Below are positions 38,830-50,726 of a stretch of DNA of 64,000 nt, piece by piece. The translations under genes and the position numbers were made by a program. Each line of letters opens with the position of its first letter. Position 1 is the stretch's first letter. This stretch comes from Squalus acanthias (Eukaryota). The DNA is taken from positions 58,716,001 through 58,780,000 of the forward strand of contig CM059432.1 in assembly GCA_030390025.1 (NCBI GenBank), read 5' to 3'. The notes below the pieces were generated by a model. It was given only the letters and a program-made list of their open reading frames with translations. It was not told the origin of the DNA and did no database searches.

Positions 38830-40298
38830 TCCAGTACAGCGACAACATTGGCATCTATCCTACAATGTGGAAAACTGCCCAGGTATGTCCTGTCAACAAA
38901 AAGCAGGACAAATCCAATCCGGCCAATTACCACCCCATCAGTCTACTCTCAATCTTCAGCAAAGTGATGGAAGGAGTCATCGACAGTGCTATCAAGCGGC
39001 ACTTACTCACCAATAACCAGCTCACCGATGCTCAGTTTGGGTTCCGCCAGGACCGCTTGGCTGCCGACCTCATTATAGCCTTGGTCCAAACATGGACAAG
39101 GGAGCTGAATTCCTGAGGTGAGGTGAGAGTGACTGCCCTTGACATCAAGGCAGCATTTGACAGTGTGGCAGGAAGGAGCCCTAGTAAAACTGAAGTCAAT
39201 GGGAGTGGGGGGGGGGGGGAGGGGGAAGGAACTCTCCAGTGGCTGGAGTCATACCTAGCACAAAGGAAGATGGTTGTGGCGATTGAAGGTCAATCATCAC
39301 AGCCCCAGGACATAGCTGCAGGAGTTCCTCAGGGCAGTGTCCTAAGCCCAACCATCTTCAGCTGCTTCATCAATGACCTTCCCTCCAACATAAAGTCAGA
39401 AATGCGGATGTTCGCTGATGACTGCAGTGTTCAGTGCCATTCACAACACCTTAGATAATGAAGCATGCAACAAGACCTGGACGACGTTCAGGTTTGGGCT
39501 GATAAGTGGCAGGTAACATTCGCGCCACAGAAGTGCCAGGCAATGACTATCTCCAACAAGCGAGAGTCTAAACACTGCCCCTTGACATTCAATGGCATTA
39601 CCATCACCGAATCCCCCACCATCAACATCCTGGGGGGTCACCATTGACAAGAAACTTAACTGGACCAGCCACATAAATACTGTGGCAACAAGAGCAGGTC
39701 AGAGGCTAGGTATTCTGCGGCGAGTGTCCCCCCTCTTGACTCCCCAAAGCCTTTCTACCATCTACAAGGCACAAGTAAGGAGTGTGATGGAATACTCTCC
39801 ACTTGCCTGGATGAGTGCAGCTCCAACAACACTCAAGAAGCTCGACACCATCCAGGACAAAGCAGCCCGCTTGATTGGCACCCCCTCTACCACCTTAAAC
39901 ATTCACTTCCTCCACCACCGGCATACCGTGGCTGTAGTGTGTACCATCTACAAGATGCACTGCAGCAACTCGCCAAGGCTTCTTCGGCAGCACCTCCCAA
40001 ACCCGTGACCTCTTCCACCTAGAAGGACAAGGGCAGCAGACACATGGGAACACCACCACCTCCAAGTCGCACATCATCCTGACGTAGAAGTATATCGCTG
40101 ATCCTTCATCATTGCTGGGTCAAAATCCTGGAACTCCCAACCTAACAGCACTGTGGGAGTACCTTCACCACACGGACTGCAGTGATTCAAGAAGGTGGCT
40201 CACCACCACTTTAAGGGCAATTAGGGATGGGCAATAAATGCTGGCCTTGCCAGCGACGCCCACATCCCATAAAAACGAATTAAAAAAATAAATAAATA
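38830..40298 (+). mobile_element. Second CR1/L2-group LINE family, 5'-truncated RT copy
   Basis: WKTAQVCPV..YHPISLLS..QFGFR, ALDIKAAFD, GVPQGSVLSP, MFADD; A-rich tail; 7-bp TSD acactgt (38823-38829 / 40299-40305). Confidence 0.93.
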
Positions 40299-40520
40299 AC
40301 ACTGTCTGGATCAACGTGAGACCGCAGTTGGGGAGGAAGATGGAATAAGCAGCAATGAAGTGATGTTTGTGGCGGGGGCAGACGATTGCTTCAATCTTCT
40401 CAGTGCTGAGGTAGAGTCTCATTCAAGATTGAATGTTGGACTGGCAGTACACAACCAATCTAGGGATCAAAGTGAGAGGTCGCACAACACCAGGTTATAG
40501 TCCAACAGTTTTATTTGAAA

Positions 40521-40558
40521 TCACAAGCTTTCGGAGCTGCTGCCCCTTCGTCAGGTGA
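40521..40558 (-). ncRNA. Hammerhead motif (family B), antisense arm
   Basis: Reverse complement TCAC-CTGACGA-A-GGGGC-AGCA-GCTCC-GAAA-GC-TT-GTGA. Confidence 0.7.
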
Positions 40559-40591
40559 AGTGAAGGAATACGAATCGGCAAAGCCTTCACT

Positions 40592-40629
40592 TCACCTGAC
40601 GAAGGGGCAGCAGCTCCGAAAGCTTGTGA
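40592..40629 (+). ncRNA. Hammerhead motif (family B), sense arm
   Basis: TCAC-CTGACGA-A-GGGGC-AGCA-GCTCC-GAAA-GC-TT-GTGA. Confidence 0.7.
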
Positions 40630-42491
40630 TTTGAAATAAAACTGTTGGACTATAACCTGGTGTTGTGCGACTTCTCACTTTTGTCCACCCCAGTCCAACA
40701 CCGGCATCTCCGAATCTAGGGATCAAGAGAGGTGGTGGAGATAAAGCTGATTTTCATCGGCATACATGTAGAAACCGACCATGTCTGCTGCTGATGCAGT
40801 CAAATGGAGGAGAGTTGTTGGAGGAGGATGATCAGCCATGTCGAATGTTGTGGTGTGGAGAGGTTGGAGGGATAAGGCGCCACTGTTTTTCAGTTCTTTA
40901 ACTATGTAGATTCTCATGATAATTGAAGGGAGGAATAAAACTTTGCAGGACAAAATTAGTAGATTGTTCCGTGTTGTAACTTTGCAGTGCTCACTTGTGG
41001 TTTATTTTATGTTCATAGTTTAATGCAGTGGAATCTCAATTTGGTGGTAAATTAAGAAAATGAATAAAGGTGCCACTGGAGCCAAGAATTGGCACCTGAG
41101 TAGCTGAAGAGCTCGCATGTCTTGGCACTGGCCAATGAAGTGTTTTTTTTTTGGAAACAAGGCATTTCTACAGCATATGAACTAGATTCCAGTGCAGTTA
41201 GGAAGTATTTTTCTCCAGTGGAAATGCAGCATTGGTGTTAATTGTTCAATAGCTGCTTTTATTTCAAAGCCTTTGGTAAATTAGGATTAGGCCCAAAGAA
41301 ATTTTGTGTTTTTAATGGATGAGGGTACTATTTAGTATAATTATTTTTATGCTAGGTAAAGTGATTATTTGAAATCCCAAGCTATATTGTAGGTGGAATC
41401 TGGGAGAAAGTTGCTGTACCCAAGGAGGGGCAATATTGGCAATTAAATCATTTTTTTAATAAATTCATCAAGAACACCACCAATGTGTGACATTGATTTT
41501 TTTTTTGGCTGGTGGGACAGGTCCTCGCAGCACCTGGGCTTAATTACAGCCCTTCTGGAAAACAGATGGATGTTCTACACAAGAAAGGACATTACTAGGC
41601 TTTGTAATGAAGCTATGTATTAAGTGCCTAAGTGTTGCAAACTGGAGCATTCCCTGCTGGGTTTTGATTTTTTTTAAATGTTAATTAGTTCAGTCTATTT
41701 AAACTGGATGAAGGTCACTGGTAAAGAAAATTAACTGCATTTATATGTCCTGTTTTGTTTCTATCAATGCAAGTACAAGGCTGGTACAGTTTATTTTCGT
41801 GCTGCAGCACTAAACCACTTGCAGGTTGTTTCACAGCACTCGTATCATTTTTCATAAGCTGAGGATTTTGTTTTAAGATGGTTTTTGCAACGTGCATGCT
41901 GCTCATCAAAGGAAGGTGTTTGCAATCCCATTTATGGGTTTACCTCGTGTCATATACATTACACTGGGTACTGTCATTGAGCTGACCTTATTGCCTAAGT
42001 AGAATTACCAGATGACCATACTTCCTAAATGCCAGTGAACAAACAGAAATCCTTCTCTAATTGCAGTATGTTATATTCTCCACTGTTGTCAAATGTGAGT
42101 AACAGCCTGCTTCCAAATTTGTGTAAATTTGCATTCAGTCAGCATTTCCATGAACAAAAGTAATCTGGAATACTTTTTTTTTAAAAAAAAGCTCATCTTA
42201 ATTGTTACTGGAAGCAGTTTTATATTGTAACCATAGCAATGCCAAATGCTTCAGTTGTAAAAGTTCTCTCCACCGGTAAAGCAAAATGTTATAAGAGGAG
42301 ACATTTTGCATAGTGCCGTTTACTGTGAGCGACAAATGAGTGCTTTGCCACACACTCAAAGAAGTTCTGATTTAAGGAAATATGCATTTGTTTTTAAATA
42401 GTTGAGCCCAAAGTTAGACATCTATCCATGCTTATTCTGAGATTCATTGTTTTTGGTAACTAAAGTGTGTTCGTCCGACCAAATCTTGTCT

Positions 42492-42755
42492 CTGGGCTGC
42501 CAAAGAAGCCTTGGCGAGTTGCTGCAGTGCATCTTGTAGATGATGCACACTGCTGCAATGGTGGTTTGGTGGTGGAGGGAGTGATTGTTTAAGGTGGTGG
42601 ATGGCGTGCCAATCAACCGGGCTGCTTTGTCCTGGATGGTGTCGAGCTTGATTTTTGTTGGCGCTGCACTCCTCCAGGCAAGTGGAGAGTATTCCATCAC
42701 ACTCCTGTGTTTTGTAGATGGTGGAAAGGCTTTGGGGAGTCAGGAAATGAGTCAA
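42492..42755 (-). mobile_element. Fragment of the second LINE family
   Basis: MEYSPLAWRSAAPT..LDTIQDKAARLIG as in 39790-39990. Confidence 0.9.
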
Positions 42756-42929
42756 TTCAACTGACTGGTGAAAATATAATCAACTTTTTCTGAAACTGTC
42801 ATAATAGCTTGAGCTTGCAACATCAAAATATCAGCCCGTGGCCTTTTAGGAGTTCTCCCAAATGTTATAAGAACAAGATGATGCGTGCAAGCCTATTTTG
42901 CAGCACTACTAATTGAGCTTGATTTAGAA

Positions 42930-43395
42930 TACTCAATCACTCCCTCACCTCCACCTTTTATGCCCTTGTCCCTAGTAACACCCTTACTCTCGCCCCACTT
43001 GGTTGTTTCTCACTGCTACGGCCCCATCTTTTCACCTTCAAGTCCAAAGATGCAGACCTGAATATATCTGGTGCACATGGTTTGGCCATCCATCAGATCT
43101 AGCTGGACCACATCAAGCACTGTTGGGCCTAGCTCTCCTCTATCAAAATTGCTCACTACACCAGGGTCATTCCAGAATGCAAAGATAAGCCCTGGATTTT
43201 TTTTCACCACTACAAACCTGCTTAAACCCCTCTCCGCCCTCTCCTCCAACAGAAGAGTGAGGAGCTCATGGACCTCATGTCAATAAGATTGAGACCATCT
43301 GTTCAGTGGCCTCGGCCACAACCCACTTTCCCTTACCCACCAAACCAAGGCTCCTGCTCTCTCAATCCACTAAACTGCTAACCACACATTCTCTC
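42930..43395 (+). mobile_element. Decayed L2 ORF2 internal fragment
   Basis: C-rich; GLAIHQI.LDHIKH and FFTTTNLLKPLS resemble the L2 linker upstream of the RT. Confidence 0.55.
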
Positions 43396-44004
43396 CATGT
43401 GTATATGTAGGTGTGTGTAAAATGAAAGAACTTACATTTATATAGCACCTTTTATGACCGAAGGACATCTCAAAGCGCTTTACAGCCAATGAAGTACTAT
43501 ATACTGGTTTCTGGTCTATATAAGCGTGCTTGATCACAGCTTTCTGGATTATCAGTCTGTCCAGTGAACTGATGGCAAGTCATTACATGCAAATTAAAAT
43601 ATGTAATGAAACTAGTGTTAAATGTTACTTGAGAATAAAGTGACTGAGGGTGTTCTAATTATGCGTGAAATTGAGAGCATTAGGTTTGGTTTCTTTTGAC
43701 TAACCTGAGCATGACTGAAATTGATCTACTGAAATACACAAGATAAGTTATTTTACTGGTAGCTTAGAGAAAATGTTTTTTGTTGTGACATGCATAGTGT
43801 TCCCAATGTATATTCTACTTTATATAATGTACACAACCTTCTGCATAATCGTGTCAATTGACTTGATAGTAATTGTTTTTGCTAGCTCGCTTTCAAATTT
43901 CTATTACTTTGAGGGAAGGATTAAAGAAAGAAAGAGAATGATATACAAGTCTCTGGACGTCCCAAAGCACTTCACAGCTAATGATTCTCCTGAGTGGGTG
44001 AAAT

Positions 44005-44482
44005 AGAGAAAGAAAAAAAATTGCATTTATATAACGCCTTTCACGACCTCTGGACGTCCCAAAGCGCTTTACAACCAATGAACTACGTTTGAGCTGTAGT
44101 AACTGTAATGTAGGAAACGCGGCAGCCAATTTACACGCAAGGTCCCTCAAGTGCGGCAGCCAATTTACACACAGCAAGATCCCACAAACAGTAATGCGCT
44201 CATGACCAGATAATCTATTAGTGATGTCGGTTGAGGGATAAATGTTGGCCAGGACACCGGGAGACAGCCCTGCTCTTCTGAAATAATGCCATGGGATTTT
44301 CTTACATTCACCTGAGAGCAGATGGAGCCTCGGTTTAACGTCTTCTCCACCTCCAACAGTACAGCACTCCCTCAGTAATGCACTGAAGTGTCAGCCTAGA
44401 TTTATGTGCTCAAGGCTCTGCTGTGGGCCTTCAACCCACGACCTTCTGACCTCTGAGGCAAACGTGCTACCAATGAGCTAAG
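44005..44482 (-). mobile_element. SacSINE1-like SINE (tail fragments also at 43422-43497 and 43930-43985)
   Basis: ttgcatttatataacgcctttcacgacc..ttgagggataaatgttggccaggacacc..ttcaacccacgaccttctgac. Confidence 0.85.
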
Positions 44483-45533
44483 GTGGACACCTCTGACACC
44501 AGAGCACAGACCTCTGCCAAAAAACGTAATAGTTCCTGATGCGAAGTTGCAGAACTTCAAGATACGAAAATACAGTATTGAATGTTAAAATCTACTGAAG
44601 GCCCATAATGTCGTAAATGCATCTTCACCTGCTTTCTGTATACTGTATACTTTAAAGGGGGAAAAATAGAACACTATGGAGCTCTGCCTTTTTACTTTGA
44701 GAATAAATAGTCCTACTATGATTGGTGAGCTTTAGGGATATGAAATTTCTGGAACTGCGTATACACCTGCTGGGTTAGGTATACTTCTTAAGACCTTGAT
44801 TTGAATGAACTTTATGCAGATGCGTGTTGCCCTTATTAGTGTTCTCCATAGATGGCCTGCAGTTCTGAGATTGTACCTTGTGAACTTGGCACAAGTCGCT
44901 GTAAACCTGTAGTATCATGCTGTTGCTCATCTTCTTTAAAGCATCTTGCTGTTTCCTACAGTTCAATATCCTCACCGAGCCATCAGTCTAATCTTTCAAA
45001 TCCTATTTATAGCAAAGGAGAATGTTTCCATTTGGTGCATGTTTACAACAACTGTGAAATGTAGAGTTGTACTGTGGTTGTTCAGGATAACAACATTGCT
45101 GGTACTTGACCTCCAAGGTGGCTGAGGCTACAAGAATGGCCAATTCAAAATCTGCTAAATTGAAAAGCATTTGGTGAACAGGTAATTAAATGCCTCTAAT
45201 GCATGTTCTGAGCTGGAGAAACATTTTTCAATTAAATTTTCAGTTTGTGTAATTCTAGACTGACATGACCAGTATCTCTCTGGTTCTGAAAGTGGAGCAT
45301 TTTAACATAAGAGATAATCACCATTGTATTTTGAGGTCTTGTATCCCAGTTTTGACATCCTGTTTGTATAGCCAGTGGCCATACTTGTTGCTGATTAGAA
45401 AGTTATTTCTCTGATAAACTCATCTAGTGTTACTGTAAACAGAGTCCAAAGATCATCTGTCTGACTATGGGTATACAATTCTGTAGGTGCAGTGAAATCT
45501 AAGTCTTAAGTCTGAAGCTACAGAGTGTACAGG

Positions 45534-45624
45534 ATGCGAAGGTATATTCAGGTACCAAGAGCGGAACCTGAACAAGTCTACAGGTTTAACACTGGGTGGG
45601 AACCAAGACCCTTGCTGTCCTGTG
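45534..45624 (+). CDS. Candidate alternative first coding exon of EFR3 (unverified)
   Basis: aggATG (A at -3), 30 open codons MRRYIQVPRAEPEQVYRFNTGWEPRPLLSC + G, then GTAAGT; phase 1 matches the exon at 53673. Confidence 0.3.
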
Positions 45625-45862
45625 GTAAGTTAGAATAATGTACATTATATTTATACTGCACTTTGTTTTATTATATAAATCTAGACTGTTTCTGTAGGAG
45701 ATGTAATAAGTTTGATATCTGAAAATTGAGGATACTAACCCCTCAATCAATTCATAGTATTTTTTATAGGGTTTCTTGTGATGCAGATAGAATAATGTAA
45801 ATCTCTTGTATACATATCTTCAAACTTTTGGACTAAGATGTTTTCAGTGTACTATAAACCAT

Positions 45863-46018
45863 GGTGTAGATTTTCCACAGGGGTGCTTTGATCTCCTGCG
45901 TAACTTGGAAACGCCAGAGAAACGGCATAAACTGGTGTTCGCACGGTTTCCCAAGGGTTCTGCCGATCTTCCACTGAAGTTACGGCAAATGATTGGAGAA
46001 TCCTGTGAAAATTCCAGG
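45863..46018. mobile_element. Degenerate hairpin MITE
   Basis: Nested inverted matches attttccacagg/cctgtgaaaat, gtaactt/aagttac, gaaac/gtttc. Confidence 0.55.
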
Positions 46019-46094
46019 CGGATATAAGTTGCAGTATATATTGTATGTTGAATTCCTAAAACCAGCCTTGTATTGATTATTTACAGAATATTAC

Positions 46095-47937
46095 AAAGTG
46101 TTTACAGTACAGAAACGGGCCATTTGGTCTAACTGGTCTACCCTATCCAACCCTTTCATAATCTTAAAGACCTCTATCAAGTCACCCTCCAGTCTTCTCT
46201 TTACTAGAGAAAAGAGACCTAGGCTGTTCAATCTCTCCTGATGGATAAAACCTCTTGGTTCTGGTATCATTCCAGTAAATCTTTTTTGCACCTACTCCAG
46301 TGCCTCTATATCCTTTTATTAATATTGAGACCAGAACTGTTCACAGTACTACAAAGTGTGGTCTAACCAAGATTCTATACAAGTTTAACATAACTTCTCT
46401 GCTTTTCAATTCTATCCCTCTAGAAATGAAGCCCAGTGCTATGTTTGCCTTTTTATGGCCTTATTAACCTGCGTCGGTACTTTTAATGATTTGTGAATCT
46501 GTACCCCCAGATCCTTCTGTTCCTCTACCCCATTTAGACACTTATTTTCCAAGGATTATGTGGCCTCCTTATTCTTCTGCTAAACTGTAGCATCTCCCAA
46601 TTCTCTATATTGAAGTTCATTTGCCAATTACACGTCCATTCTGCAAGTTTATGAATGTCTTGTATTTTGTCGCAGTCCTCCTCTGTATTAACTACACCCC
46701 CTCCTCAATTTGGTGTCGTCCGCAAATTTTGAAATTGTACGGATTCCCGAGTACAAATCGTTCATGTAAATGGTGAACAGCAGTGGTCCCAGCACCAATC
46801 CTTGTGGAACACCTTCCTACCTTTTGCCAGTCTGAGTACCTTTAACCCCCCACTCTCTGTTTTCTGTTTTGTAGCCAGGTTGCTATCCATTCTGCTACTT
46901 GTCACCAGCTCTACATGTTCTGACTTTCGTCACGAGTCTATTATGCGATACCTTTATCGAAGGCCTTTTGGAAATCTAAATATATTACGTCTACTGCATT
47001 ACCCTTATCTACCCCTTTAGTTACTACTTCAAAGAATTCAATAAGGTTGGTCAAGCATGATTTCTCTTTTGAAATCCATGCTGACTACTCTTTATTACAT
47101 TTTCAGTTTCTAGATGGTTTTTCTATTACATCTTTGCGTAAGGATATCTCTTCCCTAACCTCTCTTAATATGTGTGGATGCTATCCGTCCAGAGCAGGGG
47201 TTTTATCCTCTTAAGTTTGATTAGTTTATCAATTATCTCCCTCTTTCTATCTTAAATGTATTGTTTTGATCTCTTCATCTAATGTCATGTCTATCATTTT
47301 ACTCTCCCTGGTAAATACCGAGGCAAAGTAATTAATATTTCTGCCATTTTGCTGTTTATTGTGTGTATCCCTTAGTGGCCATATCCCTATCCTGATTTTT
47401 CTTTTGTTATTTATGTATCTGTCATACTTTATTTCTTTTTATATTTCTTGACAATTTAATTTTGTAGTTTCTCTTTGCCACCCTAATTGTATTTTGACTT
47501 CTTTCCTAACCTTTTCATATTCCCTTTCGTCATCCTCTCCTTTGTCGTCTATATACTTAGTGTATGCCTTTTTCTTTTAGTTTTAACTTTGCCCTTATTT
47601 CTTTATTCATCCATGGTGTGTCCTTACTGGCTAGTTTGTTCTTGATTTTTAGTGGGATATATTTCTCCTGGACACTCTTGATCACCGTTTTAAATGATTC
47701 CCACTGCTGTTCTGTTTCTTTGTCAGTAAATGTTTCCAGTGTGTTTTCCTTAGTTCCATTCTTCTCCTCCTAAAATCAGCTTTTTTCCCATTTATTACTT
47801 TGGTCTTTGTCTTACTTATGTCCTGCTCAATCTTAAACCTTATTATGTTGTGATCGCTATACCCTAGATGGTCCCCTACATTTACTTCTCATATCTGTTC
47901 TCGTTCATTTCCCATTACTAGATCCAACAGTGCTTCC
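46095..47937 (-). mobile_element. CR1 LINE (ORF2 with internal deletions)
   Basis: Minus QKRFTGMIP..EGDLIEVFKIMKG, FADDTK (46712-46729), DFQK. Confidence 0.88.
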
Positions 47938-50726
47938 TCTTTTTACATACTGAGTAACTGTGGTAAGTAAGGTAAAAGTGTCAAATTTAGTATCTTTTAT
48001 ATTTTCTAGATTTTTTTTTGTTCTCTCCAAATGGCTACTCTGCTTAATTTCTGGTGGCAGATGAACAGTTTTTGTGCCAGAAGGATGGACAGTTGGGCCA
48101 TTTTTAAGCTGACAGTTATTGCTGCTAAATGTGTTGCATTTAATTCTCAACTATAACACTGGTATGGATGGCAGTGATTTTCTTTTTGTTGTAGAAGTAG
48201 AATGTAGTGACCTTGATTTAATGCACTAAGGATGATGTCTGGGTTCTGTGTGTTGTCTGTTACTGTATGTAACAAACCCTTAACTGCTACACAGGAAATA
48301 CACACCGAATACATTGTATTGACCACTTCCACGCAATAACTCATTGAACTATTATACATGATTTTATGGTTCCTGATTGTTACTTGTCACATCATAGTTT
48401 GTTCCATTTAAGGAAACTGTCTTGTGTTTATAATTAATAGAAAATGGAATGCCTAAGTTGCATCTACATATAATTTACCAGTTGTAAACATATTTAAAAT
48501 TGTTACAGACTACTGTTAATACAGTTCTCTATTCAACTCTGATTTTTGAGATCATATCACCCAAATTGCATTCATTCAATCAGCATTTGTCCTCATCCCA
48601 CTTTGTAGTGTTCAGCCAGTTGGAACACTTCATTTTCAAACAGATCAGAAAATCTCGAGGTGCTGCTGACTGGATGTCATCAGCACAAAAAAAACACGTG
48701 CCGTGTTCTTACCAGTATCTTTTTTTATTCTCCATTATTTTTCAGTTCACTGCCATGCAGTGGTAAATGGGGAAGCGGTAAAGAGGGAGATGGAAGGAAT
48801 TGGAGTGGAACCATTTGAGGCTCAAGACAGTTATGAAGGGTGATGGAAGGTGGGAAGGATAATGGCTGTTTCTCTTCCCACTGCCCTCTTTTCCACTCCC
48901 CCCAAAACCCCACAAAAAAATCCTGCAAAAGTAGAAGGAACACAGGGATTTTAGTCTTGTCATAATTCTGTTGATTTATGTTCATTTACTACAGTAAAAA
49001 AAGGTTTAGTCGCATAGCATAACTGGTTCTGTCTCGGGTTTCTGTTCAGTTTTAATTGAATAATTAATTGCTGACTTGGTCTATGCAATTTTTATGCATT
49101 TTTTAGTGCTGAGACTAGATTTGTGTTCAGAATAATGGATACCATGTTGATAAAACTTAATTTAATATCAGGAAGAGCCTCTGCTACAGCAGCTAGAGTT
49201 GCAGGTGGTGGTTGTATATCTGCAGTTCAGCAATACTGAGAAATTAACTGAGTTTCTCAGCAGTATTTTGAGCCGCGTCAATGACAAGTTTGTTTATCAC
49301 CTTAGGGGTTTACTGGCTTAGCTTATGTGCTTTAATCATGAATATCATACATTGCTGAGTAGGTAAGTGTTAAAGAATTTTGCTAATGCACTGTTTCTTG
49401 CTGCTATACAGTATGTGTTTAAAGACTATTCAAAACTTTAACATGGATGATTTAAATATTTCTCCCCCAGATCCCCCCTCCAAATTATTTTAGCTCTAAT
49501 TATTCTAGGCAATGGGATTAAGCTTATTAATTAAGCTAATAACTATATTGTGATGCCGACTGGGAAAGCCTGCCTTAACCCATCAGTAGAATGCCGCTGT
49601 GCTAAGTGATAAACATAAGAGCTTACACTAAAGAGAATATAACCAATAGGCACTAATAAATGTAGAAGTGAGTGCGATCCCGTACAAAGTATATTGCAGC
49701 TGTTGCTGTTTTAAATAGTCTTGAATTGGTTAATTATAATCGGTAATATCTTTTGCTTCAGTAATAAAATATTATAATTGCAACACAAGCTGCTTGATAT
49801 CTGCACTGACTACTGTTTTTGATAGCTTCTCATTGTCCTTTTACTGTTGGAACAAATTCAGGCATACAGTGTAGTCCAGTTATTTAATATCTTCTATTTA
49901 ATACATTTATGCAAGTTAAGGACTATATACTGTTGGGGCCTATCTGAGACTAGACAGTTATTTAGTTTGATCCTAAAAGCAATGAATACTTTACCATTGT
50001 GCAATATTTCCATATATTTTGGATTGCAACACTCCCTTAAATCTGCCACTTATTCAGAATATATTTTGAAGGAAAGCTATTATAAAATCCTGTTAAGTCC
50101 CCTGTTGTGTACTGCCACCTGCAACAAAAGTAGATGATTACCTCATTTGATGCATCTCTGGTGCATATAATAGTTAATTGGGTGGTGGGGATAAGAGCTA
50201 ATGGTGTGGTGGTCCATCAGCTCCACAAGTTCCTCTTCACAGCCTTCCTTCTGATTTTTTTCCTTGTTTGTGCTTGTCCCTTCATTTATATGGCTAAGAT
50301 TGAGGAATCCTCGTCAAAGTGAAATTGTACTCCATGCTGCGGTATATCTACTTGACCCAGCTACACCACCAGGCTGTACAAACCAGTTTATGTCTCTTGA
50401 ATTACTAGTCAACATTAAATGGGTCAGGTAAATGAGATTGCCCCAGTTGATTTTAAATAACACAATTTCAATTCATTCATTCTTTCAAATTGCTTTAAAA
50501 ACCAAAGGTCAGTTGCTCTCAATGGTTTGGATAAACAAAAGGCATTTGGACATTTCTAAGCAGTAAATCGCAAAGCATCTCTGTCTTATTCTGAGCACAA
50601 ACATTACTTATTTTCAAGGTATTAGTAAAATATTTTATATTTGGGATTGCACTTTCATTGGAATTTTAAGTTTGCACATTTTATCAATGCACCCTTTCTT
50701 GGCTATAATCTGACATAACTGTGATA

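Larger units (their letters stand above)
40471..40712. mobile_element. Palindromic Penelope-type mini-element with two opposed hammerhead motifs
   Basis: ~98-bp inverted arms 40469-40566 / 40584-40681 (2 mismatches seen), 17-nt spacer, 14-bp TSD aatctagggatcaa (40457-40470 / 40713-40726). Confidence 0.85.
38000..40850 (-). mobile_element. Old L2 LINE hosting three nested insertions
   Basis: Minus ORF GFYMYADENQLYL (~40740-40775) and AYFHTHNIAHL (~38720-38755); continuous once the inserts are removed. Confidence 0.7.

Noticed and set aside
49338..49368. ATG followed by a GTAAGT donor as a possible first exon
   Set aside because: In-frame TGA before the donor
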